A stretch of DNA of 44,968 bases from assembly GCA_964391455.1 (NCBI GenBank), contig CAYMJQ010000005.1, forward strand, positions 1 to 44,968, given 5' to 3'. Numbering within the stretch: the stretch's first letter is position 1; every line of letters starts with the position of its first letter. Source of the DNA: an uncultured Candidatus Saccharibacteria bacterium (GTDB taxonomy: Bacteria > Patescibacteriota > Minisyncoccia > Phycocordibacterales > DATDWN01). The notes beneath the pieces are model-generated. The model did no database searches. It saw only the letters and a program-made list of their open reading frames with translations, and was not told the DNA's origin. Shown one piece after another: positions 1 to 9,337 of the stretch. The position numbers and the translations under genes were made by a program.

Positions 1-2
1 GC

Positions 3-2465
3 AACAGAGCATTAGGTCTTTCTTCTAACTCAGACAATGTTCCAGGATTATTTATTTCTACTGCAGAAAACATCGGCCTCGGCACCACAACACCTAACAC
101 TCTAACCACAGCAACAATCGCATCTTCTACAGCACCTCAATTATCACTTAGTGCTGGGGCGGGAGTTTCTCAGTGGGCACTTAGAAATGCGGGAGGAAAC
201 TTCTACTTAGGAACTACTACGGTAGCTGGCACATCAACATCTACACTTTCAGCTTTATCAATTGATGGAGCTTCCGGAACAACAAGTGTTTGGGCTCTAA
301 ATGTTTTAGCTACTGGAGCAAATGCTACATCAACTATTAGTGGCAATCTTCAAGTTGTGGGTAATTTGAAAGTTGGACCTTCTTCTACTTATATAACAGA
401 AGATGGAATATTTAATACTAATGGTAGTAGTCCATTTACGATTAATAATTCAGTAGGAACACTTTCTGTTTCCAACACAGGTTTCGGTACCACAACTCTA
501 TCAGGTCTAAACATCTCAGGCTCTGCAACATCTACATCTAATGTAGGCTTCAACATCACCAATGGATGTTATGCTGTAAACGGAACATGTATAACAGGTG
601 GAGGATCCAGTGCTTCATCAACACTACTTGCTGATTCAAATACGTGGAGTGGAACTAACAACTTCACAAACAGATTGTCACTAAGTTCATCCACCCCAAC
701 AGCTCGTCTATCAGTTAACCCAGTAGCAGGAGACTCACTAGGATTCGTAGTTGGTTCATCTACAGCAACACAACTATCAGTATCATCACTTGGCTTCGGT
801 ACCACAACTCTATCAGGTCTAAACATCTCAGGTTCTGCAACATCTACATCTAATGTAGGCTTCAATATTACTGGAGGATGTTATGCCGTTAATGGTATTT
901 GTGTGGGAGGAGGTAGTGGCTCAGATCCATCTATTGGTGGAACATTAACATCTGCAACTCTAGGTTCAGTATTATTTGCGGGTTCAGGAACATTCCAACA
1001 AGACAATGCTAATTTCTTTTATGATGATACAAATAATAGATTAGGTCTTGGAACAACAACACCTTGGGCACAATTATCAATTAATCCTAATGGTATTACT
1101 GGACCAGCATTTGCTATTGGTTCATCAACAAGAACTTTGTTTAAGGTTGATAATGATGGAACAACAACTGTGGGTGATTCTTCTGGTACAGGAGACGCTA
1201 CATTCCAATTCGCATCTGATACTAACGCTTGGTCTATCGGATATAACTCTACAAACAAATCATTTAATATAGCTTCATCAACAAACTTTTCATCAAATGT
1301 TGCATTTACAATAACGAAAGGAACAACAAATAATGTTGGTATTGCTTCAACAACACCATGGAGAACACTCTCGGTTAATGGTACAGTTGCTTTTAACGGC
1401 TTGTCTGCTGTAACTGGAACAGATCAGTCGCTTTGTATAGACGGTACAACTCTTGAAGTTACCACACAGGCGGGAGATACTTGTGCGGTTTCTTCTGCAA
1501 GATTTAAAAACACAATAAATGGATTAGATGATAATAGTCTCGATATGTTTAAGACACTTAGACCTGTATCATTTATATACAATGGTGATACATCAAGTTC
1601 AACACACTGGGGCTTTATAGCAGAAGAGACAGCCTCAACTTCTCCACAACTTTCGTACTTTAATCCAGACGGAACAGTGCAAACAATAAATTCAAGTGCG
1701 ATATTGTCTTTGACAGTTAAGGCTGTTCAAGAAATGAATTTGAATCTTGAAACAATAGCTTCTACAACAGCTAGCACCACAGCATCTTCTATTTCATTTG
1801 CTGACAATTTCTGGTCAAATATATTTGGTCGTTTGATAGCATGGTTTGAAGACAGAGCAAATGGAATTCAAAGATTCTTTGCTAGAGAAGTTAATACAGA
1901 AAAAATCTGTGTATCAGATGAGTCAGGAGAGACTTGTTTAACAAAAGCGCAACTTGATTCACTTTTGGCAAATGTTGGTTTGGCATTAAATAACAACTCA
2001 AATCAAAACCAAACACCTCCACCACCACAATCAAATAATGGAACAGATAATACAAGTCCAGTAATAACAATAAACGGTGATAATCCTGCGGTTATAAATG
2101 TTGGGGATTCATATATAGATTTGGGTGCAAGTGTTACAGATACAGATGAAAATGGAGCTGTGAATAATAATTTAGGTATATATTATAATGTAAATGGTGT
2201 TGATGTTATAGACATAAGTATAGATACAAGTGTTCCGGGTACACACACTATAGTATATTCATCTACTGATGGAGCGGGCAATACAGGCACAGCCACAAGA
2301 GTAGTAGAAGTTGTAGATCCTAATCAGCAAACACAACCAATAGAAACAGAGCCAGAGCCAGAAGTTGTTGAAAATTCAGAACCGCAACCAGAACCAGCAC
2401 CAGAGGTGGAAACAGATACACAGTCACCAGATTTAGAAGAGGAAGTTATTGCAAACAATGAATAA
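3..2465 (+). CDS. Tail-fibre-like secreted repeat protein, 5' end outside the window, with an intramolecular-chaperone (peptidase S74-like) domain followed by an Ig-like domain and a Pro/Glu-rich acidic tail
   Basis: Frame 3 has no stop from base 3 to the listed ORF start at 357, so the gene enters from upstream. Repeated LG(L/F)GTTTP..L.V stalk motifs. The SSARFKNTI...THWGFIAEE block resembles the chaperone-of-endosialidase autoprocessing domain. SPVITINGDNPAVINVGDSYIDLGASVTD resembles DUF5011-type Ig domains. Internal ~76-bp repeat at 483-560 and 795-872. Confidence 0.7.
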   Translation, partial: NRALGLSSNSDNVPGLFISTAENIGLGTTTPNTLTTATIASSTAPQLSLSAGAGVSQWALRNAGGNFYLGTTTVAGTSTSTLSALSIDGASGTTSVWALNVLATGANATSTISGNLQVVGNLKVGPSSTYITEDGIFNTNGSSPFTINNSVGTLSVSNTGFGTTTLSGLNISGSATSTSNVGFNITNGCYAVNGTCITGGGSSASSTLLADSNTWSGTNNFTNRLSLSSSTPTARLSVNPVAGDSLGFVVGSSTATQLSVSSLGFGTTTLSGLNISGSATSTSNVGFNITGGCYAVNGICVGGGSGSDPSIGGTLTSATLGSVLFAGSGTFQQDNANFFYDDTNNRLGLGTTTPWAQLSINPNGITGPAFAIGSSTRTLFKVDNDGTTTVGDSSGTGDATFQFASDTNAWSIGYNSTNKSFNIASSTNFSSNVAFTITKGTTNNVGIASTTPWRTLSVNGTVAFNGLSAVTGTDQSLCIDGTTLEVTTQAGDTCAVSSARFKNTINGLDDNSLDMFKTLRPVSFIYNGDTSSSTHWGFIAEETASTSPQLSYFNPDGTVQTINSSAILSLTVKAVQEMNLNLETIASTTASTTASSISFADNFWSNIFGRLIAWFEDRANGIQRFFAREVNTEKICVSDESGETCLTKAQLDSLLANVGLALNNNSNQNQTPPPPQSNNGTDNTSPVITINGDNPAVINVGDSYIDLGASVTDTDENGAVNNNLGIYYNVNGVDVIDISIDTSVPGTHTIVYSSTDGAGNTGTATRVVEVVDPNQQTQPIETEPEPEVVENSEPQPEPAPEVETDTQSPDLEEEVIANNE

Positions 2466-4914
2466 TAAAATGATTAGAAAAATTTTTCATACATTTTTAA
2501 TATCAAACATAATCCTAATTAATTTTTTTGTTTACCCAAATCCTGCACAAGCGGCGGTGACAAATAACGGAATACTTTTTTATGGTGACACCGGTTTTGC
2601 TGGAACGTTAAGGGTTAGAACTTTTACTTCACCATCTACTTGGGGAACAGCTTTTAGTGCATTATCTTCTTCTGGAAGTAATATTTTATGGGTTGTTGCG
2701 AAGACTTCACCTACTAGAGATGAAAAAATTATAGGTCATCTTAAAGTTGATGGTAGACTGGATGTAGTGACTTGTACAACTGGATGTAATGCAAGCGGTG
2801 ATTTTACAGAACGATGGAATAATCCTGGAACAACAGCAACCCAAGATTGTGATAGTGCACCCACAGTTGATACTTGTATTAGAGCATTTGATATTGGTTA
2901 TGAAGCTTTGTCCGGTAGAGCTATGGTCGTTTACAGTGATGATACTAGCGACAGAGTATATTATGCATTATGGGATGGTTCTTCTTGGTCTCCAAATTCT
3001 ACACCAGGCACTCCAGGTGTGAGCAATGAGATAGATCTTCCAAACACTGCTGGAACTCCACAGTGGATAAGGGTTATACCAACAGGAGATAATTTAGCTG
3101 ATGAGAGATCAAATAGAATAATGGTTTTAGTTTCTGACACTAATGATGATTTATTTTCTTTTTATTGGGACGGAAATTCTTTTTCTTCTGGTGATATTTT
3201 AGAGACATCTCTTCAAAATTGTAGTATTGCCCAATGTTTTGATGGCAACTGGCAAAAAAATAACACTTTTATATTAAGTTACACCGATACTTCTGCAATG
3301 GATATTCAGTATGATAGATACGTTGTTGGTTCTGGTTGGGACGGACCCCAACAAGCATATACCATGGCTTCTAATGGTCAGTGGATTATGTCCACTGCAG
3401 ATCCTACTGGTACAAGGATTTTAGTAACCACGTCTTCTCAAGGTAATGATACCCGTAGTGCTGTTTGGAGGGGAGATAATGAGACGGATGGATGGACGGT
3501 CTGTTCTTCTACTGATTGTCCTGACACTACAACTGAAGTTGTAAGTGGTATGCAAGCTTCTACTGCTTTTGAAAGATTTAATGGTGAAGGACTTCATGTT
3601 TACAACGATGCTGGAACAACTTTAACCAATGATTATGTTACTTTTACACCATCTTCAACTTGGAGTAACACAGTTTCTTCAGGTATAACAATGTCAGATG
3701 ACGCTTTGAAAACTAGAGTTTGGGGCAGTACTAATAGTGACGATATAATGCTTATTGTTGAAGATGTCGATTGTGATTTATATGCTAGACTCTGGAACGG
3801 ATCTTCCCTCGAGACTGTAGCAACTGATATTGTCGCAAACACTTCTTCTTATGGAGTTGCTTGTCCTAATCTTACACAACCCGGTACAGACCCTGGAGGT
3901 GCTGCTTTTTCTTATGATTTTGCTTGGGATATTTATTCCCCTTGGACTAGAAACTGGAGGTTTTATGATGGTTCTGATACTTCAGCTACCCCAACAACTG
4001 CTTTAGCAAATGAAAACACAACACCAACGGGTTTTGATGGTGTTAATGGAAAAACAAGACTAAGATATTCTGTAATTGAGCTTACAAATAATAGACCACA
4101 AACTGATGCTAGAAAAAAGCTTCAGTGGACAACAGGTGATCCAGATAGTTTAACTGCTACGTGGACTGATGTTGATGATGTTGGCGGTGGTGGTATATGG
4201 AGGTATGTTGATTGTAATGGCTCTACGGGAACATGTAATGATAACACTACGCTTTCGGGAACAGTTTTATCAGGAAGCCCAACTGTTGGTTGGTGGACTC
4301 AAGATAAAGATGTTGATAATGGGGGATCTGGTATGGATCATTCAGCCGGTCAACTTTTGGAACTAGAATATTCTATTGAAGCAAATGGAGCATCATCAAA
4401 TACAACCTATTATTTTCGTATGTTTGATTTAGACCAACAAACACCTGTATTTAGAGAGCAAGATAATGATGGTTCAAATGATTGTGCGTCTTCTACTTGT
4501 ACTTATCCTAGTTTAACCACAGCATCTGTTTCTTCAAATCCCCCCACAACAAACACTAACTTCGCTGTACCAGGAGCTACAACAGCAACATTACATGGAA
4601 CAAAAACAGGTGGAGGAGATGCGACACAACATGGTTTTGCTTGGGGAACAAACTCAGGATTATCCGGGGGAGATACAGCAACAACAACACTAGGTTCGTT
4701 AAATAGTAACAGTGCTTTCATAAGTAATTTATCTGGTCTTAGTACTGGAACAACATATTATTTTAGAGCTTATGCTACAAATGCAGATGGAACTGGATAT
4801 GGAACCATCAAGAGTTTTGTTACAGGGAACACAAATGTAAGTAGATTCTTTTTACTTTTCGAAGGTTCACTTTTTAAGTTGTTGGAGGGTAGAATGATAA
4901 TCCATCAAAGATAG
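2449..4914 (+). CDS. Secreted 821-aa protein with an N-terminal signal/anchor, a Trp/Asp/Ser/Thr-rich repeat body and a C-terminal FN3-like module
   Basis: Long ORF. Hydrophobic N-terminus ending in PAQAAV. Alternative start ATG at 2458 overlaps the upstream stop. The last ~100 aa are identical to the C-terminus of 5885..8359. Confidence 0.65.
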   Translation: MQTMNNKMIRKIFHTFLISNIILINFFVYPNPAQAAVTNNGILFYGDTGFAGTLRVRTFTSPSTWGTAFSALSSSGSNILWVVAKTSPTRDEKIIGHLKVDGRLDVVTCTTGCNASGDFTERWNNPGTTATQDCDSAPTVDTCIRAFDIGYEALSGRAMVVYSDDTSDRVYYALWDGSSWSPNSTPGTPGVSNEIDLPNTAGTPQWIRVIPTGDNLADERSNRIMVLVSDTNDDLFSFYWDGNSFSSGDILETSLQNCSIAQCFDGNWQKNNTFILSYTDTSAMDIQYDRYVVGSGWDGPQQAYTMASNGQWIMSTADPTGTRILVTTSSQGNDTRSAVWRGDNETDGWTVCSSTDCPDTTTEVVSGMQASTAFERFNGEGLHVYNDAGTTLTNDYVTFTPSSTWSNTVSSGITMSDDALKTRVWGSTNSDDIMLIVEDVDCDLYARLWNGSSLETVATDIVANTSSYGVACPNLTQPGTDPGGAAFSYDFAWDIYSPWTRNWRFYDGSDTSATPTTALANENTTPTGFDGVNGKTRLRYSVIELTNNRPQTDARKKLQWTTGDPDSLTATWTDVDDVGGGGIWRYVDCNGSTGTCNDNTTLSGTVLSGSPTVGWWTQDKDVDNGGSGMDHSAGQLLELEYSIEANGASSNTTYYFRMFDLDQQTPVFREQDNDGSNDCASSTCTYPSLTTASVSSNPPTTNTNFAVPGATTATLHGTKTGGGDATQHGFAWGTNSGLSGGDTATTTLGSLNSNSAFISNLSGLSTGTTYYFRAYATNADGTGYGTIKSFVTGNTNVSRFFLLFEGSLFKLLEGRMIIHQR
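4540..4845 (+). repeat. 306-bp module, copy 1; by eye identical to 7985..8290
   Basis: Base-by-base comparison of the printed sequence found no differences. Encodes PPTTNTNFAVPGATT...TGNTNVSR. Confidence 0.9.
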
Positions 4915-4915
4915 C

Positions 4916-5881
4916 ATGAAAATTAAAAGCAAAAATTACAGTAATAAAAATTATATTATTTTTGTTATATTATTTTTTATAATTATAATTTTGTCTTATT
5001 TTAATTTTAAAAATTTTTTATGTGAGAAGAGTTATAAGTTTATTAGTAATCAATGCCAAGATCTTGTTATAGATAAAAAAGCTTATTTGGAATTAAAATT
5101 AGAATTAGAAAAGTATATTGAGGAAAGTAAAAAATCAGGTGACTTAAATGATGCTTCAGTATATTTCAGAGATTTAAACAGGGGACCTGTTATGGGAATA
5201 AACGAGCATAGTGATTTTTCTTCTGCTAGTTTACTGAAACTTCCAATTATTATGACGATTTATAAAATGGCAGAAAGCAGACCAGAAATTTTAGATTTTA
5301 ATTTAGTAAATGAGGGTGAAAATACACTAACTCAGTTTTTTAATCCTGATGAATCAATTAAAAATAATGTACCTTACTCTGTAAGAGAAGTAATAAAATA
5401 TGCATTAGTATATTCAGATAATAAAGCAATAAGTATGCTTAATGATTTTATTGCAATAGAAGGCGATTATGAAAATAATTTACAAGTAGTTTTTAGAGAA
5501 CTTGGTTTAATTTTGCCAGATGATTTAACAGATAGAGATATTTCAACTAGATCGTACGCTTCTTTATATAGACTTCTATATAACTCATCATATTTAAGTC
5601 CAGAGTATTCGGAAATTATACTAGAGACTTTATCACAATCTAATTTTAAGATTGGTCTTAAGGCTGGTGTACCAAATGAAATAAAGGTTTCAAATAAATT
5701 CGGTGAAAGATTTTTAGATAATGGAGAAAGACAACTTCATGATTGTGGAATCATATATTATCCAAACAATCCATATCTTCTTTGTGTTATGACCCAAGGC
5801 GATGATTTCGATAAATTAACTCTTGTCATTAAAGAAATTTCAGAAAAGTTTTATAAAGAAGTTGATTCAAGAAAATTATAA
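4916..5881 (+). CDS. Class-A beta-lactamase-like serine hydrolase, membrane-anchored
   Basis: SASLLK (SxxK), YSDN (SDN) and NKFG (K[TS]G-like) motifs occur in class-A order. N-terminal TM helix. Starts 1 nt after the upstream stop. Confidence 0.6.
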   Translation: MKIKSKNYSNKNYIIFVILFFIIIILSYFNFKNFLCEKSYKFISNQCQDLVIDKKAYLELKLELEKYIEESKKSGDLNDASVYFRDLNRGPVMGINEHSDFSSASLLKLPIIMTIYKMAESRPEILDFNLVNEGENTLTQFFNPDESIKNNVPYSVREVIKYALVYSDNKAISMLNDFIAIEGDYENNLQVVFRELGLILPDDLTDRDISTRSYASLYRLLYNSSYLSPEYSEIILETLSQSNFKIGLKAGVPNEIKVSNKFGERFLDNGERQLHDCGIIYYPNNPYLLCVMTQGDDFDKLTLVIKEISEKFYKEVDSRKL

Positions 5882-5884
5882 TTT

Positions 5885-8359
5885 ATGATAAAGGTCTTTA
5901 AAATAAAAAAATATAAATTTGTTGCTATAAAAATAATTATTATATTTATAATATCACCTATTTTGTCTATACTGCCTTTGAATGTTAAAGAAGTTCAGGC
6001 TCAAATTCCAGGTGAAAAGGTTATTTTTTTGACCACAACGGGCACCAACACATGGACGGTTCCAGATGATTGGTCAGACAATAATAAAATAGAAGTTATT
6101 GGAGGTGGGGGTGGGGGTAGAGCTGGATCAACTGCTGGTGCGAGAGGTGGTGGCGGTGGCTCTTATTCGGTTGCAACCGTAACAGGACTTTCTCCTGGTG
6201 GTTCTGTAACATATCGGGTTGGTGCTGGAGGTGCTGGAGGCACTACAGCCGGAACATCTGGAACTACTGGGGGAGATACATTTTTTAATAGAACAGCTGG
6301 TTCAGCAGATACTTGTGGAGATACTGTTTCAGTGTGTGCTAAAGGTGGTACCGGAGGGACATCTGCATCTGCTGGTGGCGTTGGTGGTGCTGTTGCTAGT
6401 AACAAACCAGCAAACGTTGGTTTTGCTGGTGGAAATGCAGGTTCTGGTAGTGGTACTGGTGATACTGGCGGTGGAGGTGGTGCTGCAGCAGGGCCTCATG
6501 GGGTAGGTAATTTGGCCGGTAATGGTCAAGGTGCTTCTCCGGGTGCTGGTGGTGGAGGTGGAGGAAGTGCAGGAAGCTCTGCTACAGCAGGAAGTGCCGG
6601 TTCAACTAATGGTGGTAACGGGGGTAATTCTTGGAGGGGTTCAGGAACTAATGGTACTGGTGCAAATGCAACAACTAATACTCCAGCTTCTTCTGGTACA
6701 AGTGGTGGTGGAGGTGGTGGCGGGGCTGCAACAACAACTACAACATCGCTTAGGGCAGGAGCAAATGGTAGTGATGGTTATGGAGTTTGGGTATCAACTC
6801 ATGCTGAAGATGGGGTAACTCCATCTGTGTCATCTATTGGCCCTGGTGGTGGTGGAGGTGGTGGCGGGGCTGCATCTGGAAACGGAACAGACTCTTCAGG
6901 TGGTGATGGTGGACTATATGGTGCTGGAGGTGGTGGGGCGTATCAAAATGCGGGTGATGGGGCTCAGGGAGTTATAGTAATTACTTATATACCAAGTAGT
7001 ATCGACAATATAAAGACAATTTTTTTGACCACAACAGGCACCAACACATGGACGGTTCCAGATGATTGGTCAGACGATAATGAAATCCATGTATTTGGTG
7101 CTGGTGGTGGAGGTAGAGCAGGATCGTCTTCAGGTGCAAAGGGTGGTGGAGGTGGAGCTTATGCTTCAAGTACTGTAACAGGACTTTCTCCTGGTGGTTC
7201 TGTAACATATCGGGTTGGTGCTGGAGGTGCTGGAGGCACTACAGCCGGAACATCTGGAACTACTGGGGGAGATACATTTTTTAATAGAACAGCTGGTTCA
7301 GCAGATACTTGTGGAGATACTGTTTCAGTGTGTGCTAAAGGTGGTACCGGAGGGACATCTGCAACGGCCGGTGGTGTTGGTGGTCAGATTGTAAATAACA
7401 AACCTGCATACGTAGGATATAATGGTGGTGCTGGAGGAAATGGTAATAACACTGGTGATACTGGTGGTGGAGGCGGTGGAGCAGCTGGGCCTTTTGGTTC
7501 TGGAAGAATAGGTGGTAATGGACAAGGTGCAGCTCCTGGTGCTGGGGGAGGCGGTGGAGGTGCGGGTGGGTTGGGTTCAGCCGGTTCAACTATTGGTGGA
7601 AATGGTGGAGTAAATTTTTCAGGATCTGGTTCTGGTACAGGTGCAAATCCAACAACCAATACTCCAGCTTCAATTGGTACTACAGGCGGTGGAGGTGGTG
7701 GCGGGGCTGCAACAACAACTACAACATCACTTAGGGCAGGGGCAAATGGTTCTAACAGTGAAATTTTTACATCAACTCATGCTGAAGACGGAGTAACTCC
7801 ATCCGTAGCATCCATTGGTCCTGGTGGAGGTGGTGGAGGTGGTGGGGCAACAACTGGTAATGGGACAGGTTCTTCAGGTGGTGATGGTGGTTATGGTGGT
7901 GGAGGTGGTGGAGCGTATCAAAATGCGGGTGATGGTGGAAATGGTTTTATCGTAATTAGATATGTTCCAGAATCTTCAGGTTCGCCCCCCACAACAAACA
8001 CTAACTTCGCTGTACCAGGAGCTACAACAGCAACATTACATGGAACAAAAACAGGTGGAGGAGATGCGACACAACATGGTTTTGCTTGGGGAACAAACTC
8101 AGGATTATCCGGGGGAGATACAGCAACAACAACACTAGGTTCGTTAAATAGTAACAGTGCTTTCATAAGTAATTTATCTGGTCTTAGTACTGGAACAACA
8201 TATTATTTTAGAGCTTATGCTACAAATGCAGATGGAACTGGATATGGAACCATCAAGAGTTTTGTTACAGGGAACACAAATGTAAGTAGAAGTTTGCGGA
8301 TTTTTGAAGGCGCTCGTTTGAATCTATTAAACGGTAAAATTATAATACACCAAAGATAA
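5885..8359 (+). CDS. Secreted glycine-rich repeat protein of 824 aa: two ~330-aa tandem units plus a C-terminal FN3-like module
   Basis: Signal peptide ending in VQAQ. Each unit starts with FLTTTGTNTWTVPDDWSD followed by GGGGG runs, as in glycine-rich domains of phage-fibre-like proteins. C-terminus shared with 2449..4914. Confidence 0.7.
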   Translation: MIKVFKIKKYKFVAIKIIIIFIISPILSILPLNVKEVQAQIPGEKVIFLTTTGTNTWTVPDDWSDNNKIEVIGGGGGGRAGSTAGARGGGGGSYSVATVTGLSPGGSVTYRVGAGGAGGTTAGTSGTTGGDTFFNRTAGSADTCGDTVSVCAKGGTGGTSASAGGVGGAVASNKPANVGFAGGNAGSGSGTGDTGGGGGAAAGPHGVGNLAGNGQGASPGAGGGGGGSAGSSATAGSAGSTNGGNGGNSWRGSGTNGTGANATTNTPASSGTSGGGGGGGAATTTTTSLRAGANGSDGYGVWVSTHAEDGVTPSVSSIGPGGGGGGGGAASGNGTDSSGGDGGLYGAGGGGAYQNAGDGAQGVIVITYIPSSIDNIKTIFLTTTGTNTWTVPDDWSDDNEIHVFGAGGGGRAGSSSGAKGGGGGAYASSTVTGLSPGGSVTYRVGAGGAGGTTAGTSGTTGGDTFFNRTAGSADTCGDTVSVCAKGGTGGTSATAGGVGGQIVNNKPAYVGYNGGAGGNGNNTGDTGGGGGGAAGPFGSGRIGGNGQGAAPGAGGGGGGAGGLGSAGSTIGGNGGVNFSGSGSGTGANPTTNTPASIGTTGGGGGGGAATTTTTSLRAGANGSNSEIFTSTHAEDGVTPSVASIGPGGGGGGGGATTGNGTGSSGGDGGYGGGGGGAYQNAGDGGNGFIVIRYVPESSGSPPTTNTNFAVPGATTATLHGTKTGGGDATQHGFAWGTNSGLSGGDTATTTLGSLNSNSAFISNLSGLSTGTTYYFRAYATNADGTGYGTIKSFVTGNTNVSRSLRIFEGARLNLLNGKIIIHQR
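6179..6367 (+). repeat. 189-bp exact core of the tandem duplication inside the Gly-rich gene, copy 1
   Basis: Identical to 7175..7363 (offset 996 bp). Flanks are related but diverged. Confidence 0.85.
7175..7363 (+). repeat. 189-bp exact core of the tandem duplication inside the Gly-rich gene, copy 2
   Basis: Identical to 6179..6367. Confidence 0.85.
7985..8290 (+). repeat. 306-bp module, copy 2; by eye identical to 4540..4845
   Basis: Same comparison as copy 1. Identity stops abruptly after GTAGA (codons ..VSR). Confidence 0.9.
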
Positions 8360-8361
8360 GC

Positions 8362-8913
8362 ATGAAGAAGTATTATTTCTTGATTCTTTTTATTGTAGTT
8401 AGTGTTTTTTTAATTTTTAACATGGTTAAAAAAGATAATTCATCTAATTTACAAGAAAATAATAAAATTGAAACAATAACTAATTCTTCTAATAAAGAAA
8501 CAACAATACCAGAAGGTTTTTTAGAATATAGAAACAAAAGGTATAATTTTTATTTATTTTATCCTAAAAATTTTTCTATTAGAGAACAATTTTTAGTTGA
8601 CAAGGGCATAGTAATTGCATTTGAAGACATTAAAATTGAGAAAGGATTTCAGATATTTATTATTCCTTATGAAGAGACGGAGATTACTCCAGAACGTTTT
8701 AAAAAAGATATGCCTTCTGGTGTTCGTAAGGATTTAGAAAATATTTACATAGGTGATGTATTAGGGGCTTCTTTTTATGGTTTTGATGAGAATTTAGGAG
8801 AGACGAAAGAGATATGGTTTATTAATAAAGGTTTTTTATATGAGATTTCTACATTAAAATCTATGGAATCACTTGTTGAAGATTTGGTAAAAAATTGGAA
8901 TTTTATAGGGTAG
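8362..8913 (+). CDS. Hypothetical membrane-anchored protein
   Basis: ORF with an N-terminal TM helix, packed 2 nt after the upstream stop. No recognisable motif. Confidence 0.5.
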   Translation: MKKYYFLILFIVVSVFLIFNMVKKDNSSNLQENNKIETITNSSNKETTIPEGFLEYRNKRYNFYLFYPKNFSIREQFLVDKGIVIAFEDIKIEKGFQIFIIPYEETEITPERFKKDMPSGVRKDLENIYIGDVLGASFYGFDENLGETKEIWFINKGFLYEISTLKSMESLVEDLVKNWNFIG

Positions 8914-8937
8914 TTTTTTATGTGATAATATTTAAAC

Positions 8938-9303
8938 ATGAATAAATTTAGTTTACTTGGTAAAATAATAATACTTCTTTTGTTTGTATTCTTATTTACA
9001 TCAATTTTTCTTTATATAAAATTATCCAGATTAGAAAATAATAATTTAATTACTAATGAAGAGTCGCTGACTGTTGAAGAGAAAATTTCAAAGATTGTTG
9101 TTTTGCCAGAAGGAGAAGAACCTACAATATTTCAAATTACCAATATTGAACAAATAAAAAATGAACCATTTTTTACAAATGCCAAACTAGGGGATAGTGT
9201 ACTTGTGTATACTGGTGTTAAAAAAGCATTTTTGTATAGAGAATCTGAAAATAAGATAGTGGATATAGCCCCAATTATTCTAGAAGAAGAAACTGATATC
9301 TAA
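8938..9303 (+). CDS. Hypothetical membrane-anchored protein
   Basis: ORF with an N-terminal TM helix, followed by a terminator. Confidence 0.5.
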   Translation: MNKFSLLGKIIILLLFVFLFTSIFLYIKLSRLENNNLITNEESLTVEEKISKIVVLPEGEEPTIFQITNIEQIKNEPFFTNAKLGDSVLVYTGVKKAFLYRESENKIVDIAPIILEEETDI

Positions 9304-9305
9304 TG

Positions 9306-9332
9306 AAAAAAACTCCTTTAGGGAGTTTTTTT
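9306..9332. terminator. A-tract/hairpin/T-tract bidirectional terminator
   Basis: AAAAAACTCC-TTTAG-GGAGTTTTTTT lies between the convergent 8938..9303 gene and the rnpB 3' end. Confidence 0.7.
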
Positions 9333-9337
9333 CATTA

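Noticed and set aside
6163-7659. Multiple antisense and out-of-frame ORFs (66-98 aa) inside the Gly-rich gene
   Set aside because: They are shadows of GGN/GCN-rich coding sequence, which has few stop codons in other frames. They have no SD or start context and lie fully inside a much longer ORF with clear domain structure.
5885-8359. CRISPR-like periodicity from repeated GGTGGTGG tracts
   Set aside because: The repeats lie inside a continuous ORF, are irregular in length and spacing, and encode poly-Gly. No cas genes are present.
1-9303. Prophage or phage-remnant interpretation of the tail-fibre-like and Gly-rich gene cluster
   Set aside because: There are no capsid, portal, terminase, tail tube, lysis or integrase genes. 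All the large proteins carry signal peptides or anchors, and a beta-lactamase-like hydrolase is interleaved. This is more consistent with cellular surface proteins that reuse fibre-like domains.
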